IMG/VR virus record: IMGVR_UViG_3300044513_000301
Location: 1-37,582 of that record
Direction: 5' to 3' (one strand)
Source: a virus
Taxonomy: Duplodnaviria; Caudoviricetes
DNA: 37,582 nucleotides
Position 1 is the first letter of the stretch, and the number at the start of each line of letters is the position of its first letter. Positions 28,999 through 35,714 of the stretch are shown piece after piece. Position numbers and translations under genes: made by a program. Under the pieces are notes generated by a model. That model was not told the origin of the DNA and did no database searches. It saw only the letters and a program-made list of their open reading frames with translations.

Positions 28999-31506
28999 TT
29001 AGCTAAAGCAGTATAAGCTCGACCTGATCCCTTCTAAATCTAAGTTCCCTTTTAGAGGGACTTTGGGGAGTTCGATCTGTGCGTGTGCTGGCAGTTTCTT
29101 TGAAGCAGAAGCCAGTATTTCTGAATAGATGCATTTATCTTGGTATTGATCGATAAACGCAGAGCGAACGACATGAAACATCTTCCAGGTGTTAGCTGGG
29201 GTTGTTGCAAAACTGTCGTGGATCAACATATAGTCTCTGATGTCGTTCTCAAGCCCAGTCAGTACAGTGTTTAGTAAGTGGCTGCTATCCAAGCTGTGAA
29301 TGATATTAGGACTGATAGAAGACCTTACACGCTTCTTGTCCAGCTTCTTCTCATTATCCACCGCTACGTTACTAAGTGTCTCGCGCTTCTCTTTCAGGTC
29401 TCTATCATAGAGAAACAAATGAACACGCCGGACTGACTTGGGGTGATAGCTGTTTACGACCGGAAAACCAATCGGTGTCTTCCACACCACAGGCAAGTCG
29501 TATTCAGACATCGTGTGTGCAATGTCTTTAAAGAACTGCATCCCTTCTGCCGCTCCCTTAACAACATGATGAACAGCATCCCAAGTGTGGTCTGCTAGAC
29601 AACGACAAGCGTTGAACTCGTCCGTGAATGGGAAGTACTGACGTTCACCCATGGTTATCTCACGCTTCATTGGTTTCATGGTGTCGTCAGCGATCTGCTG
29701 CCGAAAGCCAATGCGTGTTGCTGAATAACCGAAGGTCATCGTAGGTCTTTTGACTACCTTACGATCAACACCAAACTCAAGCCATTCCTGAGCCTCTTTA
29801 GATGTATCATCAGTCATAGATCTCCGGACTACAGAAGCTACAGCCTCGTATATATCTTCTGGTAAATCGGTAGGTATAAGGTTTACCAGCTTACCGTCAT
29901 TTTCATTAAGTCCGAGCGCAGCGAAATGCTGTGTGCCGGAGTTAGACCCATCAAGATTGATCGGAAGACCACAGATATGGTTGCCCTCACCCTTCTCAAC
30001 GTACTGCAACAGTTCGTTAGCTGCAGCTAAGAATGCAAAAGGCTTGTCTGCTTTCTTCCAAAGGTCATAGGTTGCCCGGAAGTCCCGGGCGCAATCTAAG
30101 ATCCATTCTTGATTGTCTAACGTCCACTGAAGCCTATCATCGAAGTTTAACTTGCTGACACGCTCCCCCTTGTCGTTCCGAAAGTCGCCAGCATTTGCAC
30201 ACTGATAGGCAACCCACTTAGCCCCTTCTTCATCTAGCGGCTGCCCACGACTAAGAAGAAACATAGATCTTATGTGGTCTTCACGGTGATGGTTGAAGTT
30301 AGGTATAGGATAGACACGGCCTCTCCAATCGAAGTTGTGAGGCAACCAGAAGTCTTGATACTCAGACATGCTGGTAGCCACAGCTAAATCAGACTTCATG
30401 ACTGTAATGTCACTGTCCACCTTTCGGTTATAAGCCACGGTTTCAGAAGCCATGAGCCTGTAACGCTTCTTTTCGTTGTCCGATAGCTCATCATAGTTAT
30501 CTGGGAATACGACAGGATCTTTCTTAACCTTTGATGGAAACTTATCACCAAGAGACAGTCCCTCATCCCAAGCCCACTTAACGGCATCTAAGATGAACTC
30601 GTTGATCTTGTAAGGTGTCCTTTGAATAGCATTGATAGCATCGAACACGTCATTAAACTCATTACGTTCGATTGCATTGCGGATCATTGTGCGCTGCAGA
30701 GGATTGCTCTTACGAACTAGAGGTGTGAACTTAGCCATCGCCGGGTCTATATAGCAGCCGCTGTCCATATCAGCCCATCCCCGAGGCTCGGTGATAGTTG
30801 GCATCAAGATTGGATGTGACCACGACTCCTCAAAGTCGGCAGCAGCGAGAGTGTCTGAGAACTCTTTAGTAAACCCAAGTCGAACAATGTCCTTGCCCTT
30901 TTCTGTGGCTGTCCATGTCTCAAACATATCACAACCTTCCATCACCGCGTTAAACAGCGGCTGAGACATCTTAGTTCTCTTTTCGTTACTCCACCAAGTG
31001 TACTCAAAGCCTTCTTTGGCAGCGACAGCCGAGACATAGTCTTTGCGCTGCTTCAGTCCACTGTGTCGGCGAATAGCTTCCTTCTGAAGTCTGTTGTATA
31101 GGTTCTTATTGAACTTCTTCAGACTGATGCTGTAGTACTCCATTTCGACACGCATTCCGATACGGATTAGGAACTTGTTGCGAGGCCAATGTTGACCAAC
31201 AGCTTCCATGCATGTGGACAAGGTGAGGTATGATAGTAACTCCAGGTCTAAATCAGACAGCATCTCATACCACTGAGGCTTCTGTAGATGCTCTGCCTTG
31301 CTGTCTATCTCATGTTTGTATTGCTGTAAGTAAGCTGCTACGCCCACTACAGCGTCATCCATAAACCGACCGTGGGTCTTGCTGACTGCAAGGTTCTTTA
31401 GATCAGCTTGTCTGTCTAAGTATCGATCTCTGCCAGCAGAAATCATTTGTTGTTCTAATGTAATCTGATCGGCTAACGTGCCGACACGCTTTGACTGTAG
31501 TTTCAT
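28999..31506 (-). CDS. Single-subunit DNA-directed RNA polymerase (T7 gp1-like)
   Basis: DWRGRVYP, LDGSNSGTQH, RKVVKRPTMTFGY, PNIIHSLD, IHDSF; start set to ATG 31506 after GGGGG. Confidence 0.97.
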   Translation of the reverse strand: MKLQSKRVGTLADQITLEQQMISAGRDRYLDRQADLKNLAVSKTHGRFMDDAVVGVAAYLQQYKHEIDSKAEHLQKPQWYEMLSDLDLELLSYLTLSTCMEAVGQHWPRNKFLIRIGMRVEMEYYSISLKKFNKNLYNRLQKEAIRRHSGLKQRKDYVSAVAAKEGFEYTWWSNEKRTKMSQPLFNAVMEGCDMFETWTATEKGKDIVRLGFTKEFSDTLAAADFEESWSHPILMPTITEPRGWADMDSGCYIDPAMAKFTPLVRKSNPLQRTMIRNAIERNEFNDVFDAINAIQRTPYKINEFILDAVKWAWDEGLSLGDKFPSKVKKDPVVFPDNYDELSDNEKKRYRLMASETVAYNRKVDSDITVMKSDLAVATSMSEYQDFWLPHNFDWRGRVYPIPNFNHHREDHIRSMFLLSRGQPLDEEGAKWVAYQCANAGDFRNDKGERVSKLNFDDRLQWTLDNQEWILDCARDFRATYDLWKKADKPFAFLAAANELLQYVEKGEGNHICGLPINLDGSNSGTQHFAALGLNENDGKLVNLIPTDLPEDIYEAVASVVRRSMTDDTSKEAQEWLEFGVDRKVVKRPTMTFGYSATRIGFRQQIADDTMKPMKREITMGERQYFPFTDEFNACRCLADHTWDAVHHVVKGAAEGMQFFKDIAHTMSEYDLPVVWKTPIGFPVVNSYHPKSVRRVHLFLYDRDLKEKRETLSNVAVDNEKKLDKKRVRSSISPNIIHSLDSSHLLNTVLTGLENDIRDYMLIHDSFATTPANTWKMFHVVRSAFIDQYQDKCIYSEILASASKKLPAHAQIELPKVPLKGNLDLEGIRSSLYCFS

Positions 31507-31536
31507 ATGAAAACCCCCTGAACTCACACAGTTATA

Positions 31537-31557
31537 TGCTAGGGTGTACACCCCTCT
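31537..31557 (-). promoter_or_regulatory. Putative phage RNA polymerase promoter upstream of the RNAP gene
   Basis: AGAGGGGTGTACACCCTAGCA, third copy of the motif. Confidence 0.65.
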
Positions 31558-31582
31558 TTTTTACAGCATTCAGGGTGTTTAT

Positions 31583-31681
31583 TCAGGGGGAGTATTGACC
31601 TGCAGGTGAGGATACGAGGTCTATAAAACCAATAGAAGTGAGAACCGATATACGGCGATTGATTATAGGACACCAAACCAT
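31583..31681 (-). CDS. 32-aa upstream ORF / leader peptide
   Basis: AAGGAG followed by ATG; MVWCPIINRRISVLTSIGFIDLVSSPAGQYSP*; translation unproven. Confidence 0.45.
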   Translation of the reverse strand: MVWCPIINRRISVLTSIGFIDLVSSPAGQYSP

Positions 31682-31716
31682 GCTCTCACTCCTTTCTATT
31701 GATTATCGTACACTAT

Positions 31717-32547
31717 TCAATTTAACTTATCAAGATCATCAGCTATCTTAAATCTTGTAGATGATATACCGTGAACATACTTCTGGGTAGTCTTGTGATT
31801 ACGGTGTCCAAGCATATCCATGATAACTATAGTGTTAGTTTGGAGTTTGTTAGCCATCATCGTGGCGCAAGTGTGGCGACAAACGTGAAAGACAAAGTTC
31901 TTGTCGCCCCGGGCAATCCGATGACGTGCCTCAGCCCATACTTGGTAAAACGTATGTGCGTTAAAAGACTTGCAGTTGTGTAGACGTGTGGAAGCCTTCA
32001 GAGCTGTGTTAGACAGCGGTATATAGCGTTCAGAGCCGTTCTTAGTGCGCGGCAGATAGATACACGGCCTGTCGCTGTCCAAGTCGTTCCTGAAGCCTAC
32101 ACTGCCGTCCATGAGCTGCTTGATCTCACCGAGGCGCATACCAGTATTAAGTGACAACAGAACCATGTCTGCCATCCAAGGTGCGTCAGAGTACTTTAAG
32201 AACGTGACTAGTTGCTCACGTTCCTTGTCATTGAAGAACCTTACACGGTTCTCAGGCTGCTTGCGCCACACGAAGTCCGGCTTCTCACTAATCTTCTTAG
32301 TGCGCTTGGCATGTTTCATGACACTGCTAATGGTTGCACCATAGCGATCTATCGATGCAACGGACAACCCACGTTCTTGTAGTTTATCAAAGAAGTCGTG
32401 GATCTTGTCTGCGTCAATCTTATCAAGCTCTATGTTTCCAATGATTGACGTAAGTTTCTCAACTCTCCGTATGCTGTCGTGCTGATGCTTAGTGCCTTCA
32501 GCCCAGATGCGATTACGTTCTTTTCTAACGAAGTCTTCGATCCTCAT
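31717..32547 (-). CDS. int: Tyrosine integrase
   Basis: TGMRLGEI, TKNG, FHVCRHT, LGH, TQKY catalytic motifs; ATGA overlap gives start 32547; adjacent to attP. Confidence 0.94.
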   Translation of the reverse strand: MRIEDFVRKERNRIWAEGTKHQHDSIRRVEKLTSIIGNIELDKIDADKIHDFFDKLQERGLSVASIDRYGATISSVMKHAKRTKKISEKPDFVWRKQPENRVRFFNDKEREQLVTFLKYSDAPWMADMVLLSLNTGMRLGEIKQLMDGSVGFRNDLDSDRPCIYLPRTKNGSERYIPLSNTALKASTRLHNCKSFNAHTFYQVWAEARHRIARGDKNFVFHVCRHTCATMMANKLQTNTIVIMDMLGHRNHKTTQKYVHGISSTRFKIADDLDKLN

Positions 32548-32762
32548 GACGCTTCTCCTGTGATTGCTGATTTTCCAATCAGTGACAGGCATTGGATCTC
32601 GATGGCATTGGCTTCGAGGTCTGCATCATTCATAATCGTAACGTCTTTAAGTGGAAGGTGACCGTAGTGATCCAGATGTGCCTGGATGTATAAATGCTCA
32701 ATGTTTATACGGTCTTCGAGACCCCAGCTAAGGGGCTGTCTAATGGTCTTTTGGTGTGACAT
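32544..32762 (-). CDS. Hypothetical protein between attP and integrase (72 aa)
   Basis: AAAGGAG RBS; stop coupled to the integrase ATG. Confidence 0.7.
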   Translation of the reverse strand: MSHQKTIRQPLSWGLEDRINIEHLYIQAHLDHYGHLPLKDVTIMNDADLEANAIEIQCLSLIGKSAITGEAS

Positions 32763-32813
32763 TTGTGTGCTCCTTTAGTGCGTCAGTTTGTCACAACCTA
32801 AAGGGCTATTTTA

Positions 32814-32860
32814 TGGCGACTCCGGCAGGATTCGAACCTGCAACCTGCTGATTAGAAGTC
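32814..32860 (-). other. attP core: 3' half of tRNA-Arg(UCU)
   Basis: GACTTCTAATCAGCAGGTTGCAGGTTCGAATCCTGCCGGAGTCGCCA: anticodon loop CTTCTAA, T arm GCAGG-TTCGAAT-CCTGC, CCA end; no D arm or 5' acceptor strand. Confidence 0.88.
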
Positions 32861-32933
32861 GTGACTGCTAGTAGCCCTCTGATTGTTCCTATTATATACC
32901 ACAGATCAATACTAAATGGAATCCCTAGAGGGC

Positions 32934-32976
32934 AAAAAACACCGATAGACCTATCGCATCTATCGGCGTCCTTTTT
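32934..32976 (-). terminator. Intrinsic terminator ending the late operon (possibly bidirectional)
   Basis: ACGCCGATAGA-N9-TCTATCGGTGT followed by TTTTT, directly after the holin stop; a T-run also follows on the plus strand. Confidence 0.8.
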
Positions 32977-33367
32977 ACTTAGATAAGCCTTTTGACTTTT
33001 CATATGTTCGAAGTGTTCCAAGACCTAATAGTCCACCTAAGACGGTTAGAAGTGACGACATATCGAACTCCGGAAGGTCAGGTATATCGACACCAAACAC
33101 AGCCACAACGAACAGTGTAATTGGGTGTAAAACAAAGTGCCACATAAATGCAATCGCACAAGTTAATCCAATCAGCGGTCTCCAGCTTCGCTGCAACCAG
33201 TTACCTTTGGCTTCAATCTTGTTGACTTCAATTTGTGCCAGTGCAATCGCGTGTGCTTGACGTTCTGCCATCGTAGCTATCTCATGAGCTAACTTGGCCT
33301 TCTCATCCGCATCAGGGATAAACTTATCAAGTAAACCTGTTACAGGTTCAATTAACATCTGCAGCAT
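32975..33367 (-). CDS. Holin (GTA-holin 3TM-like)
   Basis: LLDKFIPD, QIEVNKIEA, WRPLIG, two hydrophobic helices, LLGLGTLRTYEK. Confidence 0.8.
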   Translation of the reverse strand: MLQMLIEPVTGLLDKFIPDADEKAKLAHEIATMAERQAHAIALAQIEVNKIEAKGNWLQRSWRPLIGLTCAIAFMWHFVLHPITLFVVAVFGVDIPDLPEFDMSSLLTVLGGLLGLGTLRTYEKSKGLSK

Positions 33368-33440
33368 TGATACGCTCCTTTAGTAGCTTTATGCGGTGAC
33401 GCAGTACTTCTATGACCTTTTCCCAGTCGATATCCATCAT
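33348..33440 (-). CDS. 30-aa hypothetical peptide
   Basis: MMDIDWEKVIEVLRHRIKLLKERINAADVN; ATGA overlap with the upstream stop. Confidence 0.5.
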   Translation of the reverse strand: MMDIDWEKVIEVLRHRIKLLKERINAADVN

Positions 33441-33640
33441 CCCTTCTCCGACCCAAGCCATAATCCGAAAGATCCTGTCATAGCCCCTGTCACGGTTGCT
33501 GTCACAGCGGTAGCTTCAACAGTCATAAGATCCGGCGGCAGTGAAATGAACCACTCGATCACTCTGATGTACATGACAGTCATGACGAACATCATGAACC
33601 TTGGGATTATCTTCCACTCTAGTATATGTTTCGCTGACAT
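33437..33640 (-). CDS. Small two-helix membrane protein (holin/antiholin-like)
   Basis: 67 aa, WKIIPR followed by two hydrophobic segments; directly after the lysozyme. Confidence 0.65.
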   Translation of the reverse strand: MSAKHILEWKIIPRFMMFVMTVMYIRVIEWFISLPPDLMTVEATAVTATVTGAMTGSFGLWLGSEKG

Positions 33641-33641
33641 A

Positions 33642-34058
33642 TTAATCTCCAGCTGCTCTTATCAGGTTTGCGTTGTGTGCTGCCCTGTTAGGCAGGGTTG
33701 CAGCATACCTGCTGTCTAGAAGCTCTTCGGCTGCCAAAGCCCACTTACGTTCTTTAAGGTGTTTAAGTGTCTTCCGGAACTGTAGTAGCCTTGCTATGCC
33801 CATATTGAAACATAAGTCCATCAGTGCTTCCTGGACTTCGCCTGGCATCTCGTCCCAGTACGACAGGCTGCCCCTCAGTTCGTCTTCGCATATGTCTAAA
33901 TCCTCGTTCAGGATAAACATGATTGCGGCGTCTGACAGCCCTCTGTCCTCGATGTTGTGCCCTACTCCGATAGTCCATTTATCAGCTGGGCACTTGTACA
34001 TATTGTTGCGATAGCCTTCGGCTTCGATAGTGCGTTGCAATAGACGTTCTCTGTCCAT
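33642..34058 (-). CDS. Endolysin, phage lysozyme (GH24-like)
   Basis: EGYR...YKC....WTIGVGHN and DLCFNMG; AGGAG before ATG 34058. Confidence 0.88.
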   Translation of the reverse strand: MDRERLLQRTIEAEGYRNNMYKCPADKWTIGVGHNIEDRGLSDAAIMFILNEDLDICEDELRGSLSYWDEMPGEVQEALMDLCFNMGIARLLQFRKTLKHLKERKWALAAEELLDSRYAATLPNRAAHNANLIRAAGD

Positions 34059-34079
34059 CAACTTGTCTCCTTCGTTGCA

Positions 34080-34541
34080 TTATGTGAATGACTTCAATGT
34101 AAATAAGAAACCAATGATTGCTGCGATCATGCCCATACTGGCTGCAGTACCCACCAGAAACGTAATCATCTGACGCTTCTGTTTAGCGCGTAGTTCGAGC
34201 ATGTTCTTATGCATTGTTCGATGCCTAGCTATCTCAGCTGACAGGCGTTCCCATTGACCCATTGACCCATATAGCATCACGGTCTCACGCAGTTGGTCAT
34301 ATGCCTGACGCATCTCTTCCTTTTTGAAGAACTCGTCTATGGCATTTACGTCAGCCCCTTTGAACTTACTTAGAAAACCATTCTTCTTCTTTGATGCACC
34401 GAACTGTAACTCAGCTTCAGCCTCAGCCATGCGCTTTATCTTAGGGGCTACAGAACTAATGTCTTTGCCAGCTTTAACTGCTGATGATATAGATCCTGAG
34501 ACAGTGCTTATGATGCTGAATGCACTAATCGGATCAATCAT
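34080..34541 (-). CDS. Hypothetical membrane-anchored protein (153 aa)
   Basis: MIDPISA start, helical body, C-terminal hydrophobic helix. Confidence 0.75.
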   Translation of the reverse strand: MIDPISAFSIISTVSGSISSAVKAGKDISSVAPKIKRMAEAEAELQFGASKKKNGFLSKFKGADVNAIDEFFKKEEMRQAYDQLRETVMLYGSMGQWERLSAEIARHRTMHKNMLELRAKQKRQMITFLVGTAASMGMIAAIIGFLFTLKSFT

Positions 34542-34543
34542 AG

Positions 34544-34777
34544 CTAATACACCTTTACTTTATTAATGTTTAATGTGATGGGTTTACAATAGGTAACAAC
34601 TTTGTCTCTAGGGTCTAGATCCAGGTATCTATAGCTTGTGTATCGGTGGCTGATACGTTCGGCGAAGTAGAGGCAATCATTAAGATCATGAAAACGAAGA
34701 TCATTAGGTACTTCCACTCGTCCATCGCCCACTCCTGTAAATATCATTAAAGCAAATACAACAGACAACTCTTGCAT
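34544..34777 (-). CDS. Hypothetical protein, hydrophobic N-terminus and two Cys (77 aa)
   Basis: Tightly packed with neighbours (TAATG overlap). Confidence 0.7.
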   Translation of the reverse strand: MQELSVVFALMIFTGVGDGRVEVPNDLRFHDLNDCLYFAERISHRYTSYRYLDLDPRDKVVTYCKPITLNINKVKVY

Positions 34778-34959
34778 TAGGCTTGATCCGGCTTTTTAAA
34801 ACACTGGTATGTCCACCCAGCCACGTCATGCTCTTGGTAGAACTGTACTATGTTATCCCTAGCTTCCTGGTATGTTGGGCAGCGGTCTAGATCATAAGGC
34901 GTAATGACGAAAGTCATCTGCTTTGTAAGAACAACAAAGATAACCAGGTACTCAGCCAT
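34777..34959 (-). CDS. Hypothetical protein, hydrophobic N-terminus and two Cys (60 aa)
   Basis: GGAGG RBS. Confidence 0.7.
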   Translation of the reverse strand: MAEYLVIFVVLTKQMTFVITPYDLDRCPTYQEARDNIVQFYQEHDVAGWTYQCFKKPDQA

Positions 34960-34971
34960 GTGTTACCTCCG

Positions 34972-35073
34972 TTATCGGTCATAATGTTGTGCTGTTGAAT
35001 TAAAGTCTTCTTCGTCTACTCCAGGTATTCTTGTTATAACAAAGGTTATAATAGCCTGGATTATCTTGGTCAT
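34972..35073 (-). CDS. 33-aa hypothetical peptide
   Basis: MTKIIQAIITFVITRIPGVDEEDFNSTAQHYDR; ATGA overlap; fills the gap. Confidence 0.45.
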   Translation of the reverse strand: MTKIIQAIITFVITRIPGVDEEDFNSTAQHYDR

Positions 35074-35291
35074 TTATCGAATAGTCTCTCTATTCTGTCT
35101 TCTATTCTGCGTAGAGACACATAGATGGTTTGTAAGTCCTCTTTTAGCTCATCGCGTGTTGCATACTCTTCCCTTGTCCGGTTTAGAAGTATACCCAAGC
35201 GTTTTACTTCCATACTAAGTGTTGATAGAAAGTATGCAAATCCAGCCACTATTATTGCTAGTAAACCATCTATTATATCTGTCATGTCCAT
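35070..35291 (-). CDS. Small membrane protein with coiled-coil tail (73 aa)
   Basis: One N-terminal hydrophobic helix then LLNRTREEYAT...RIEDRIERL. Confidence 0.75.
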   Translation of the reverse strand: MDMTDIIDGLLAIIVAGFAYFLSTLSMEVKRLGILLNRTREEYATRDELKEDLQTIYVSLRRIEDRIERLFDK

Positions 35292-35357
35292 TAGATTACC
35301 TACAGAGCGTTTATAACAAAGATTAGAACGTCCAGAAGATTGGTCATTTCCACAGTC

Positions 35358-35705
35358 TTACCACCCTGCTGGAGTTTTGCCCACGACAGGCGGCATGATT
35401 AGATTGTCTAGCTTTTGGGTTAGCATAGCCTGTAACTCTTCTTCGGTTTTGTCCAGACTTGCCAGCACCCAGCCCTTCACCTGTTCCTGTGTCAGGCTGT
35501 CAAACGCTGTGAAGTTGTCGGCATTAGCCTCGCCAACACCAGCACTGCCATATGCGCTAACAGAAAGCGGTGCGCCTTCGTCATTTGTTGCGCTGTCGTG
35601 CGTTGCTGTTAGCCGCCAGTGAATAGCTTTCGCTACATCTGTTAAGTCACCCTCTGATGGGGCTGTGTCGATTTGTGGGAAATCCCAAGTGTAGGTTGCC
35701 ATCAT
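35358..35705 (-). CDS. Tail fibre-associated protein (115 aa)
   Basis: AGGAG RBS; TYTW...IHWRL...FTAFDSLTQEQVKGWV...PAGW; directly after the tail fibre. Confidence 0.7.
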   Translation of the reverse strand: MMATYTWDFPQIDTAPSEGDLTDVAKAIHWRLTATHDSATNDEGAPLSVSAYGSAGVGEANADNFTAFDSLTQEQVKGWVLASLDKTEEELQAMLTQKLDNLIMPPVVGKTPAGW

Positions 35706-35714
35706 TTACTCCTG

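Noticed and set aside
31595-31627. Plus-strand sigma70 promoter TTGACC...TATAAA driving an antisense RNA to int
   Set aside because: The spacer is 21 nt, too long for a standard promoter.
32814-32890. Functional tRNA-Arg gene
   Set aside because: Only the 3' half is present; the upstream sequence cannot form the anticodon stem 5' strand, D arm or acceptor stem, so it is called attP.
35020-35060. Palindrome TTGTTATAACAA and surrounding hairpin as a regulatory site
   Set aside because: AT-rich, lies within a probable micro-ORF and has no matching copies at module starts; evidence is too weak.
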